The notes under the pieces were generated by a model. That model saw only the letters and a program-made list of their open reading frames with translations. It had not been told where the DNA came from and ran no database searches. A program made the position numbers and the translations under genes. A stretch of 64,000 bases of DNA, taken from contig NMRA01000110.1 in NCBI GenBank assembly GCA_002633005.1, positions 395,850-459,849 on the forward strand. The letters are read 5' to 3'. Shown in pieces: positions 26,001 to 36,767 of the stretch; position 1 is the stretch's first letter, and every line of letters begins with the position of its first letter. This DNA comes from Phoronis australis (Eukaryota; Animalia; Phoronida).

Positions 26001-27540
26001 AAGGTATTTCACAATAGGAATCCCAATAGTTGCATAGTAATTAATATTAATAGTACATAAATATGAAACATTATCAGGAGTCAATGGGAGAAATTCACCT
26101 TTAAAGCGTACAATACCAGGACAAGGTTCACAATTATAGACAACATATAATCAATATTGAAAAGAATAATAAGCTAAATCTACAGGACACTACAGAGGTT
26201 ATCACCACCAATCACACTAACAGCAGATTTATACTTGTTAAGTAAATGTTCTGTGAAGTGGATCCTCTAATATAACCAACTGAATGACAATATGGGAACA
26301 TTTCAACAGTTACTGCTTTTAAACTTCATCAATTTTTGTGAAAATCAAAATAATCTGTCTCACAAAAAGCATCAACAAATTCCTTAAATGAACAGCTTAA
26401 TACTTAATAATATGCAAATTTTCACACACATACACGGAGCAAAACGGGACATCGAGTGAAAATAATATATTACACAGCTAAAATGTTTTTCTTCCACAAT
26501 GTATACTATAATCCATGTCAATTTATTGATGCATAGATGTCGATTAAAACAAAACATGTGGAAATAAAATACATTCCACCATGATATGGAGGTGAGATCA
26601 TTGCCTGTAGCTTTCTTAGAATAAACAGTTTTGTCAAATGTGAGTTTTAATCAACTTTGTCACAACTTTGCAAAAACAGTTTCAGACGTGTATTTACCAG
26701 CAATGTAGTGATTTTGCACAGTGTTTACATTAGTCATTTCCTTTTAAACACTATCTAATAAACGTCCTTATAGAGCCACTTTAATTGTCCTTATAGAGAA
26801 ACTTTAATTTTACATACCCACTTAATCCTAATTGAAAATAAATTACAAATTGAAATACCTTAATATGTATAAATACATAATGATATCAGAGATCTATATA
26901 TACATGTCAAATCTAACCTTTGAATTAAGTTCGCTTTCCACTTAAATTTCTGCATAATGATATCTATATAATAAAACAATTAATATTGTCATGACAACAG
27001 TTTTAAGCTCTGTTCACACGCAGCTCAACTAAGTGTAAACTGCACTTGGGGCAACTTGCACTTAACTTGACACAGCTTAAGAGGATGGCACAAATGTGAA
27101 AGAATTTAATTAAATTTCATTCTTTTGATGATAACGACAATTAACGACTCAACCACTGTAGCTTCTTCCACATAAAAGTTCACATATTGATCAAACAATA
27201 CCTGAACTATAAACCAGAGTCAGTACGTACCTGGATCAGTTGGTTGCTCTAATAACACTTCTGGGTCTGAATACTCCGACTCTGCAATCTGCGTGATCGC
27301 CCAGGAGCGCGAGTCCGGCTCCTCAGATGGTGCCTCACCACCATCCAAGGCACCTCCACCTGGCTCCACTCCATTGGTCAGTCTAGTTTCTTCGCTCATA
27401 TCTGCCGAAACTGTTAGTTTCGTTTTACCCATGTTGCCATTATGGTTCCCACGTGACGTGGGCTTCACAGGATCATAAGGTTCCTCAGATAGCAATGTAT
27501 TGGTTAGTATGTTCTGAGTTTTATCCATGCTGACATCCAT
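1962..27540 (-). CDS. LRRC74A: LRRC74A/B-like leucine-rich-repeat protein, 5' part (3' exons lie left of the window)
   Basis: complement(join(27231..27540,25680..25866,24429..24517,13808..13873,12882..12991,1962..2069)). Introns are GT-AG with consistent phases. Translation includes [10 protein letters not shown]...[88 protein letters not shown], matching the LRRC74 N-terminal pattern (DTDLE..Y...CK.MG+.P.SY...+.HH.LG..NT.V..L+L.DN). Confidence 0.85.
3560..5260 (+). repeat. Dispersed repeat built of ~130-150-bp diverged units (non-autonomous Helitron/Helentron-like), carrying CCACTAGRKGGC motifs
   Basis: Recurrent CCAAATTTCATGAAAATCCG / GGAGATACAG / AAAATTGCCACTAGGGGGC units; related tracts at ~590-1410, 31680-33300 and, inverted, at 38730-39340. 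Confidence 0.6.
8354..8774 (+). CDS. Putative small two-exon ORF (102 aa) nested antisense in an LRRC74-like intron; function unknown
   Basis: join(8354..8570,8683..8774): acceptor ttttgccatcag just before the ATG, donor ACAG|gtaggt, acceptor ttcccattgcag, AATAAA near 9009. [47 protein letters not shown] looks amphipathic/coiled-coil. Confidence 0.35.
10704..10902. repeat. 21-bp minisatellite, ~9 copies
   Basis: Unit GCACAGTAGTCGGATACATAC. Confidence 0.95.
10962..11140. mobile_element. Short MITE (family also at 30914-31092)
   Basis: Inverted ends AATTGACCTATCGC...GCGATAGGTCAATT; a closely similar second copy lies in the window. Confidence 0.75.
11199..11357. mobile_element. Tc1/mariner(pogo)-type MITE
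   Basis: TA flanks; TIR CCGTAATCGTTCGGGTTAACGCCC...GGGCGTTAACCCGAACGATTATGG; internal TTAACCGCCC repeats. Confidence 0.8.
11844..12210. repeat. 47-bp minisatellite, ~8 copies
   Basis: Unit CAGACACTGCTACAGTATAGTCACTCAGTCATACATGTTGTGTATAC. Confidence 0.95.
12452..12843. repeat. 59-bp minisatellite, ~6.5 copies
   Basis: Unit ACAGTACTGTGAAGTACCTAAACACCCATACAACATAAGCGCCATATCTTTAGACCATG. Confidence 0.95.
12882..12991 (-). CDS. LRRC74-like exon
   Basis: ttgttgcag|GTATT...AAG|gtagga; [37 protein letters not shown]. Confidence 0.88.
13000..13690. repeat. Degenerate ~17-bp tandem array
   Basis: GCAGTGAGATGCACATG / GATTCACATAGCA variants. Confidence 0.8.
13808..13873 (-). CDS. LRRC74-like exon
   Basis: gttttcag|AAGAA...ATGG|gtacgt; 66 nt, phase 1 to 1; [22 protein letters not shown]. 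Confidence 0.85.
13877..13976. repeat. 13-bp tandem repeat forming the polypyrimidine tract of the 13873 acceptor
   Basis: (AAAATAAATAAAC)n on plus = (GTTTATTTATTTT)n on the transcribed strand. Confidence 0.9.
19391..19881. mobile_element. hAT-like MITE with 6-bp TSD
   Basis: TIR CAGGGCTTGGAAT...ATTCCAAGCCCTG, flanked by a TTTATT duplication; empty site in the duplicate block near 22463. Confidence 0.85.
20709..20797 (-). CDS. Identical second copy of the LRRC74-like DYDTDLEE exon (probably the other allele, assembly duplicate)
   Basis: Same sequence as 24429-24517, inside the 18644-25660 duplicated block. Confidence 0.55.
21898..22162. repeat. 33-bp VNTR, at least 8 copies (one copy in the duplicate block)
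   Basis: Unit ATCATCATTATCATTATCACCAGTAAGAACACA; truncated by the N join. Confidence 0.95.
22519..23659 (-). mobile_element. Kolobok-like non-autonomous DNA transposon with a frameshifted THAP domain
   Basis: TTAA TSD (22515-22518, 23660-23663); TIRs AGAAGAATGCCACCC / GGGTGGCATTCTCCT; absent from the duplicate block (empty TTAA near 19934). THAP: [14 protein letters not shown]...[22 protein letters not shown]...[13 protein letters not shown] (ATG 23495, frameshift in an A7 run). Confidence 0.85.
24429..24517 (-). CDS. LRRC74-like exon (DYDTDLEE motif)
   Basis: gtttacag|G...GTAG|gtaggt; phase 2 to 1; [29 protein letters not shown]. Confidence 0.82.
25680..25866 (-). CDS. LRRC74-like exon, acidic/Gly-rich
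   Basis: gttgtttcag|ATGAGG...GACAG|gtgggt; phase 1 to 2; [15 protein letters not shown]...[13 protein letters not shown]. Confidence 0.8.
27231..27540 (-). CDS. LRRC74-like first coding exon (exon extends 5' to 27664)
   Basis: Acceptor tttctttcag at 27665; ATG at 27540 ([10 protein letters not shown]...EQPTDP); donor GTACGT, phase 1. Confidence 0.75.
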
Positions 27541-29448
27541 CAATTTCAGACAGATGTTACATCCAACACGCCAGTTTTCAATGCACAAATATCCAAAGGG
27601 TCTTCCTTATCTCATAGCTGTATACATTTTTCCTCACAAAATTGTCGTCTCACTAAATTAGAGCCTGAAAGAAAGCAATAAAAGAAACAGATTTGAACGG
27701 ACAGTGCTGGACAGTATTTATGATAAAGCTCTACATTTGCAAGACTGAGCTTTCAATAGATTCTTCATAAATACGAGTGATCAACAAGTTCAAATCATAA
27801 ATACGTAAGAATAATATTTGCATTTAACGTGGGGACATGATACACCAAGCATCTGCAACAAAAGATTAGAGCATCAAAATTATTATAATCCTGTTGAAAG
27901 CTGTCGATGGTTAGCCGTAATGTAGAACAGTTTAGAGACTGTAAATGAAAATTCCCATCAGTCGCACGTTATCTTGAACTGTAGGCAGAAAATGTGACTG
28001 AATATCTGGACATCCTTTCAACTCACCAAGTATCACATTGTACAAGTTACACACTGCTAGTTAACACAGTCAAACTTACCACTAGAGCCAAGCTTTCCAC
28101 TGTCTCCTAAGTGAAATGATTAAGTCACGGTCAATGACTACAATATTCCAGCACAAAAGGTAATCATAGTGGAAATTCTACTATAGTCTCCCTACCTGAG
28201 AATCCCATTTATGACATTAGATCAGTCCAGACATGTGAATGACAAGGAATTCCTTTTTTGTTCCTTCAACAGTCTAATTACTTTCATGGCCAACTGAGCC
28301 TTACAAGGTAGTCAGAGGGCAACAGTTTACTTCATCAAACCAACTGTAAAGAAGCCAGCAGGAAAGACTCTCCACTCTGATAGGGAAATAATAAAGCTAA
28401 TCCACTTGGACACAATAGTACATGTAAATCCCCTTCAACCATTGACTGCACACACCTTCTGAGTCCTTTCCACTCTCCCCTCTGTCACTCCCTCTATGAC
28501 TGCTGCTAGTCAACACTTAGGAAACAGTTGCAGAAATAACCAGTGATTAGCTTACCTTAAATAAATAATCAGTTCATAGAGCAATTAAATTGTTGTTATG
28601 AATATGCATTGACCTCCAGCCCAGGTAGGACAAAGTAAGGGTAAGGTAGGTGGACCCTTACATTGTCAGCCATAAACAGGCCACAGAATGAGCCCCCTTG
28701 TTGCAGTTTATAAGTAGATTAGTTTGCATGATTGATGGCTTTGTCAGGGCCCTGGTTACAATTCATGCAGAAATCAGAGCCTAGTGTGGAATCATAAAAG
28801 TTAAAGAATGTAGTGTGTTTAGAGTGACAACAGGTATATAGAGGTCAGATCATGTAACAATTTCTATATAATTATTTTCATTTATATTCATCTCCTCTCC
28901 TGCTGAACCCTTAACTTCAACAAGCCATTTAACACAATGAAAAGTGAACACAAAGCCCCAGAGATTTGATAACCTCCATGACTTGGATGATGGATCCCCT
29001 TGTTGATGTAAACCCAAATGTTACAGAACAACTCAAAAGTTGACAACGTCAAGAGACAGCGTCCAGAAATAATTGATATACTATATATCTACAGAAATAC
29101 CAGAAGATGATAAATTTGCGAAAATGGTTTTCATGACCAAAGACACACATTCTTAAAAATCCCAATTCATTCTAAATGAAAATAAAACGGAAAATATTTG
29201 AACAAAAATATAAATAGTAAAATAATTATATTTGATTGCATTTTTAATATTGGACAGTGGAATGCATGGACAAAAAATAACTACTTGGACACTGAAAAAA
29301 GCGGAATAAAAAATCAGTTTAAAAACAAGTGTCAGTACAGTAAGATCCTAGAACTTCGCGAAATAAACAAAACCATAAGACATGATATATAATCAATATT
29401 ATTCTACATAAAACTGGTAATTTCAAGATGTTGTTAAAATTCCCCTGA

Positions 29449-29636
29449 CCATTCTTCTTTCACCAACAAAACAAATACATGCAATCTTAACTATTCTTCT
29501 TTCACTAACAAAACACATACATGCAATCTTAACTATTCTTCTTTCACCAACAAAACACATACATGCAATCTTGACTATTCTTCTTTCACCAACAAAACAC
29601 ATACATGCAATCTTAACCATTCTTCTTTCACCAACA
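29449..29636. repeat. 42-bp minisatellite, ~4.5 copies
   Basis: Unit CTATTCTTCTTTCACCAACAAAACACATACATGCAATCTTAA. Confidence 0.9.
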
Positions 29637-30913
29637 TGCCATCTTAAAATCAAACAGCGATTTGAAAACTGAGAATCAAACGACTTCATAAATAATTGCT
29701 AGCGATCAATAAACCTGTGTCATAAAGTTAAGTTCATACATTTCTAAATTGTAAACTTCAGTAAATGGTGCACTGCCTCATTAAGTAAATGCACACAGGT
29801 CACATGACTGAATACAACAAATGACAGAAATAAATGAATAATCCATGACATGATCGTGATTTTCAAATCACCATGGCAATACATTTAATTTACCCATTAA
29901 CACAATCCTCAATGAATTAAAACCACAGAAACTTATTCTGAAATTGAGTAATTCTTCTAAACAATGAAAAATCATATTAACTCTAAACATGACTTTTATA
30001 ATTTTTAGAATCATGAAAATCAATTTGCTCAGCACTTCAACAAGAGACTTGTTTGTCTTACGGTACAAACATATTTAGCATGTTACAGCAAATTCAGATG
30101 TATTGAGTGGTGTTTTCGACAAATTAGTAGAAATTGTCAACATTTGTTTAGCTTTTAGCTTAAAGCAATATCATTAAAATAAACACAAAACTATATTTTA
30201 TGGCAGAGGAAAGCTTGCATAATTAAAATTTGAAATTAACACTAATGTCACTCATAGGACCGTATTTTTAAATTAAAAATTGATCCAAAATGTATTTTGA
30301 CAAACTTCATTCAAAGCAAACAAAAATAGTATTAAAGGACAACCGGAGAAAGGGAGGGACATAGAGAGATCAATACTACTTACAAGTTTTTGGCATTCCC
30401 AGCTTTGAGAACTCAACAATGAAGTTCCCTGATAGTTACCTTTACAACACACAAGGTAAAGTGACTAATCTGGCCACCAGGTGTCACTTCTCTGCTTGAG
30501 CCAGGACCATAGACTTGAGGAAGGTAGACAATCCCGACATGGGCTGTGGCTGTCATTCTGTCGGGGGCAGGTTGTAACCATCTTGTGGACAGCATGCACC
30601 CATTTTGTGGGCAGGTTGTATCCATCTTGGGAAAAGGCTTTACCCATCTTGACACGAATCTAAAAACAGACAGACATTTAATAAGAGAATTGGTCCAAAC
30701 AAACAACAATGGGTTTTGATAGAACACTGGCTTAAAAGCCAGATTGATGAATTTTTAGAAAATCCAGCAACAGCTAAATTTTCTTCTATAACAAACCTTC
30801 CATTTAGAAACCTGTAAGTCGTCAGTGAGACCTCAGATTTTGTTTAGGGGCCTGGTGATCAAAGTCGCCATGCAGTGATCAAACTTCAAGATCTATGAAG
30901 AAACGGGAATGGA

Positions 30914-31092
30914 AATTGACCTATCACCATTATTTTGAGTGACGGCTTAACTGACCATTTAGAACGCGACATTATTGACACACCTTCGTTTCCAAGCCGC
31001 CATTTTAACCGACAAACAACACATTGCCGGGTAAAACTTATTGTTTGTTAGTCGACATTACACAAGGGGGCGGAGCTTGTGATAGGTCAATT
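30914..31092. mobile_element. Short MITE, second copy
   Basis: AATTGACCTATCAC...GTGATAGGTCAATT, colinear with 10962-11140. Confidence 0.75.
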
Positions 31093-33681
31093 GCCCAGCA
31101 AACACCTACAGAGCCCAACCCCAACATAATCACATGCTTTAAATGTTCACCCAAAGACATGAAAACACCCAAACAGCTCCCCCTATAGTCAACAGGAAAT
31201 AGCGGTTCTCAGTGCAACATCCAACAACTCCTGGACGGCAAGGTGGGAATGCCACGGCACCCTCACTGTGGGGCCTCACACATGGGTTTTATTTTTTGGC
31301 GAGCTCATCCATTAAGTGACTTGTTGGTAATTTTGCCACATTTGGTAACTTCATATTATGCAGTGTTGAGACCTGCATTGGTTGCTCCTCAACAATCACA
31401 CAACATTTTTTCACTCAGGGTGCATACTTTTGTTTCAGAAATGGCATTTTATGAAGTTTTCGTTTCAGCTTTGAGACTTCTTTTTTTAACCAACATGGTA
31501 TATGGAATATCAGATAAAAATTTTTGTGAAGTATCATCATTTAGTTTTTTAGATTTGAAATGTGCCCACAACTGCACTAGGCACGCTTCTAGAGGAGTGT
31601 ATCCCGGCTAAAGAAAAAAGGTCAACAATGGTTTCAGTTTTTTACAAATCTGTTTGAAACAAAGCAAAAGCTATCGTTTCCTTGATAGAAACAAGTTATT
31701 TGCCAAATTCCATACACATTCCTCAAGAATGACTGGTAGACTCATGAGCACGTGAAACTTTAATTGTTACTGGAGGATGCCAGTACAAAATTTCGACCAA
31801 ACTCGTCTCAAAATCAATGTCAGGTACAATCTCCTCAATAAATACATGAAGATCCATCAAAAATTTTGCTGATGTTAAGATGGAACATGTCTGAAATTTC
31901 ACTCATGCCATTCTACATATGAACACATGGGCAGAAAAATGGTCACTAGGTGAAGACCAATATGTTGAATTCATCCCATTGCAACGTTTTTAGGAAAACA
32001 CTAACCAAACTTCATGAAAATCCTGTGGATGCAAAAGAACAAAACTGACACTAGGGGGTGCTACACATAAAAACAAGGACACATATAGACACTTGCCTTA
32101 CTAGTAAAGTGGCCAATGCAACTAACACTCGCTGGCAGAGTAGTTACTCAGTAGGTGGCTGTCCAGATCGCCAGGAGGCCAGCAAATCTTTAGAATGGTT
32201 AGGAACTGTATCGTTTTGTGTAGAGTTCAAAAAAATAAATTCTCATCAGTCTATAGTGTTCTTACTTATACATTAGCTTCAGTGATAGCACATGAATACG
32301 TCAGGCTAGTTGCATAGTCGGAAATGGTGATCGATTACTAAATGAATACATTTGTCAGTCACAAACTGTTTATTCTGTGCAACAAGTTTATTTTTCAAAA
32401 GAATCCGTCTTTAATCGCTGCTTTGAAAATGTGTGTTTACTCTGTTCTAAAGTTTTAGTATAATCCTAATGAGCTCACATGAAACTGTTTGAATAACCAA
32501 TTTTTCCACATATGCCCAAATGTTGATTCGATTCACCGTGTCAACTTGATTAGTGCAGATATTACGACTGATTAACAATGATTTGACTCAATAACTGAAT
32601 TAACTGGCAATCACTGTCACGTGACTTACTAGTGGTGGAAATGGGAAAGATTCAATTTTGTAGCCTAAAGTTTATTTAGACATCACCAGTCATTCAACTT
32701 TGATGTTCAAGGTAAATGCATTTTGGCACTGAGTTAGTTCCTTCAGAACGAGATCCATAATATAGACATTTTTCAACACATCTAGGCCTTAAATCCCTTC
32801 ATACAGGTTCCAACATATTCACCAATGATATACTGCTTTGTCAAAATTCATTGAGATCCATCAACTCGTTCTCTAGATATCATCTGGAAATGCATTTATC
32901 ACAGAACAACACTTGAAAAGCCCCTTGTCAAGAACAATTGGTTATAACTGCAGTGGTGGGCCTGAATGCACCAAAAAATTCAATGGAACCGGTGCATTCA
33001 TATGACATACCTTGGCTCTGTGTAAAGTTTAACTGAAATCCATCAAATAATTGATTGGTTTACATCACGAAACGTTCCTCCCCAAAAAGCATTGAAAAAC
33101 TCAAATTGCCAAAAAGCCACACCCCTCTGATCCCAGAGGGTGACTAAGCACATTAAAAAGTGGTACTGTTCTAGTGATGCCTACATCCTTTTGCCAAATT
33201 TCATAAAAATACAACCAGGGGTTTCAGGATATCGAGCGTACACTCGGACAGCAGTATAGGCCAACAACCGGACCCCAAGGCTAAATCGACATGGTCGTCA
33301 CCAGACACCAGGTGGGTGTATTGAATCACTGCTTATTAAAAGTAAGTAAGTAAAATGTTTATTTTGCATCGGTATGGTTAACAGCAAAAACAGTAGCACA
33401 AGTGCTAGTGACCAATATAAAATAAGAAATTTTTGTACAAAAAAGGAAGGGCTATGTACAGAAAGTATACAACATACATGACTTATCAAGCATCAAAAGA
33501 CAGTATTTGACAGCGTAGGCAAAGTTGGCATTCACAAGTTTGGCATATACAGCAACTTAACTCATTTATAAAGGTATTGAGATCTTGGCAACATCTTATA
33601 CATTTACTAGGTAACTTGTACCATAAAAATGCCCCCTGGTGGTGAATAGAATAAGCTCATAGGATGTAGTGGTTAACCTTA

Positions 33682-33878
33682 CGGTAAAGTCGCGTGATTT
33701 TCGGACGGCCCGCCATTTTCGACCAAGAATAAATATTTACGAAATGAGTTTTTCATAGTCCACGAAATTCGTACAAGGTCCAAAAACTGTTTTTCAAAGA
33801 TCCTCGAATTTCGGACATTGTCATAAACATCAGAATTTTGTCCCGCGACTTTCGGACAAGGAAAATTTTAGATACGGT
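33682..33878. mobile_element. Degenerate CCGTA-ended MITE
   Basis: CGGTAAAGTCGCG start, internal TTTCGGAC repeats, CGCGACTTT inverted match and TACGGTA end. Confidence 0.45.
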
Positions 33879-33984
33879 AATTTGGGATCGAGGCAACTCC
33901 CGTGTCACTAAAGTGTTCAACGGATGATTACTACTGTATAAGGCTCGAGTCCGAGAATCGGTATAACGGGTTTGTAATTTTTAC

Positions 33985-34150
33985 CTTGTCTTGACGATGT
34001 CACGACCGTTACTCGATTGTCTTGCGTTTAGCTTGTGTTTGGCGCTTTAGCTATGAAAAGAATCACCGAGTTCCGCCTAACGAAAATTTCTGATGAAAAT
34101 ACAAATAGGAAATACACCGAAGGCTGCAACTTTTCGTTGTAGCGTAACAT
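33985..34150 (-). promoter_or_regulatory. Putative non-coding first exon/promoter of the LRRC74-like gene
   Basis: CpG-richer patch with a minus-strand donor AAG|gtaaaa at 33985/33984; quasi-palindrome GTTGTAGCGTAAC (34136-34148) loosely resembles an RFX X-box. Confidence 0.35.
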
Positions 34151-34392
34151 GTGCTCTGGTTTAAATAGGCCGTGCTGTTCGACTCCCGACTGTGACATTG
34201 AACATGCACGCCTGACATCAACTTGCGTGTTTACGAAACGTTTTTATTTTAAAACGTCCTGGCCTTTGCAAATGCCCAACTATCGCCGGACAATAAGTTT
34301 TGCTGCCACTTACCTGCATCCCGGCGAATGATTGAAATCTTCGTGCAGCCGTTCTGGGCTTGCTTAATAATTTTGAATGGGACAGTTAGCAA

Positions 34393-35147
34393 NNNNNNNN
34401 NNNNNNNNNNNNNNNNNNNNNNNNNNNNNNNNNNNNNNNNNNNNNNNNNNNNNNNNNNNNNNNNNNNNNNNNNNNNNNNNNNNNNNNNNNNNNNNNNNNN
34501 NNNNNNNNNNNNNNNNNNNNNNNNNNNNNNNNNNNNNNNNNNNNNNNNNNNNNNNNNNNNNNNNNNNNNNNNNNNNNNNNNNNNNNNNNNNNNNNNNNNN
34601 NNNNNNNNNNNNNNNNNNNNNNNNNNNNNNNNNNNNNNNNNNNNNNNNNNNNNNNNNNNNNNNNNNNNNNNNNNNNNNNNNNNNNNNNNNNNNNNNNNNN
34701 NNNNNNNNNNNNNNNNNNNNNNNNNNNNNNNNNNNNNNNNNNNNNNNNNNNNNNNNNNNNNNNNNNNNNNNNNNNNNNNNNNNNNNNNNNNNNNNNNNNN
34801 NNNNNNNNNNNNNNNNNNNNNNNNNNNNNNNNNNNNNNNNNNNNNNNNNNNNNNNNNNNNNNNNNNNNNNNNNNNNNNNNNNNNNNNNNNNNNNNNNNNN
34901 NNNNNNNNNNNNNNNNNNNNNNNNNNNNNNNNNNNNNNNNNNNNNNNNNNNNNNNNNNNNNNNNNNNNNNNNNNNNNNNNNNNNNNNNNNNNNNNNNNNN
35001 NNNNNNNNNNNNNNNNNNNNNNNNNNNNNNNNNNNNNNNNNNNNNNNNNNNNNNNNNNNNNNNNNNNNNNNNNNNNNNNNNNNNNNNNNNNNNNNNNNNN
35101 NNNNNNNNNNNNNNNNNNNNNNNNNNNNNNNNNNNNNNNNNNNNNNN
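34393..35147. other. Assembly gap (N run)
   Basis: 755 N; further single-N joins at 22163, 38235 and 42701. Confidence 1.
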
Positions 35148-35149
35148 AA

Positions 35150-35620
35150 AATCGCACTCCAGACGACTGAAAATGGGTCAACATGCGCCAGATCAGCCAT
35201 CTTGAAAGCAACTTCCGGTTTTTCGGCTTTGTATAATAGCATGTTATATACCTGTAAAAATTCGAAGGAATTGGTCTGATAATACGCCCTCTAGAGGAGA
35301 AAACGTTTTTAGGCCAAAATCGAGGTGCGCATGCGCGATCGCCGATATTTCCGCCATCTTTAATCGGAAGTGAACAATTTCCAGTATACTTGTAGCAAAC
35401 TTCCGGTCCATTCACTGTGCCGATTCTTAGCCTTTTACGTAAAAAATTGTAGCCTCCAGAAGCATTTGAACCTTTAAATGGAAACAAAATGGCCGCCATA
35501 GCCGCCATCTTGGATCCGATTTTGACGAAAAACAATTGGCTTGCATGCAGTATTTCCGGAAGTACGTGTTATGTGTAAATTTCGTGATGATCGGACGAAC
35601 ATTGCGACCTGTATCGTGCG
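35150..35620. repeat. Interspersed repeat related (inverted) to 54300-54780
   Basis: GCCCTCTAGAGGAGAAAAC vs TTTTCTCCTGTAGAGGGCG; GATATTTCCGCCATCTTT vs AAAGATGGCGGAAATATC. Confidence 0.55.
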
Positions 35621-36655
35621 AACAAAAAAAAAAACGAGAGCGCTCGGAGGAGCGACGCTTGGCCGAATTAATCGAAAAGACGATGATGAGGGAGACGACA
35701 ACAATCATGACGATCAAGGCGGCAAATATGAGTAATACGATAACATTCATGTTACTAGCGAAGAAATCAAATAGAGAGCATTAACAATCAACTACAATAA
35801 AGAACAATAGATGGCGCAACATGACATTCCAGTCTACAGTACGACAGTGCTGGCTGGGTCAGTCTGGGTCAACTAGGCATAACCAAAACAAAGTTAACTG
35901 AAAGCCAGCCAGCTGCGTGCTTGCCTAGGTGACCGAAGGAACGGTATCCGAAAATCTCGAATAATTCAAAAAGTAGACGTCGTAGCGCAAAATGGAAAAG
36001 ATCTTCTGAAAGCCCATTCAAAACTCTATCTAAATTTGTAGTTTGGCAAAAATCCAAAAAAATTTCGAGAAAATTGAAAATTTGTCGTTTTTTTTTGAAA
36101 TTCAAAGTTAAATTATTCGAAGAATTCCGCCAAGTAAAAAAACAAACTTAGTGGAAGAGCAACATACTAGGCGAAATTTATTTCGCCAAGTAATATGGCC
36201 AAATAAATCAAAATGCATAATGAATCTTTAACAAGTTAGTCGCTAGTGTCTCGGGTCCAATATGACGCAGACGGAACCTTGTGCTTGTCAAGGTAGTGGT
36301 TCACTTAGCCAGCCAGCTAGAGCTCTATATGGTTCACTTTGCTTGCAATGGGAGAAATTTTTAAATAGTTATATTAGCTATGCTTTTAAAGTTGTAAAAC
36401 TTTAAAAATATCGCACATTACCTAACATATACGGGGTTGAACCACAAAAATGAGATGATCGACCTTTCAAATTTCGGAGGGATTCCACAAGCGGGAAAAG
36501 GTGTCGCTAAAAGTATAAAGTCAAGATCTTCTTTTTTTTATCAGCACATTATTTTAAATTTAATATTCAATTTTGAAGTAAATTACGAGTTCTTGCTGAG
36601 CAGAATATTGTTTTTTCTGAATTTGATTGATTCACATTTTTAAACCCTAGTTTTA

Positions 36656-36767
36656 GTGACGTCACCGTTTCTTGTGCACACCTTCAAGACGAATTTAGTT
36701 ATTTTACTGACGATTTAGCTATTACAAGCCGTTTGAAGTGGTTAAGGTCATGACTTTGGCTTCGAAA
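36656..36767 (+). promoter_or_regulatory. Putative AdipoR promoter / 5' UTR exon with a perfect CRE palindrome
   Basis: GTGACGTCAC at 36656-36665, followed by a strong donor AAA|gtaagt at 36767/36768. The first coding exon begins at an acceptor (41683), so an upstream non-coding exon is expected. Confidence 0.45.

Noticed and set aside
34249-35535. Long ORFs of 280-428 aa in the ORF track
   Set aside because: Artefacts of translating through the N gap.
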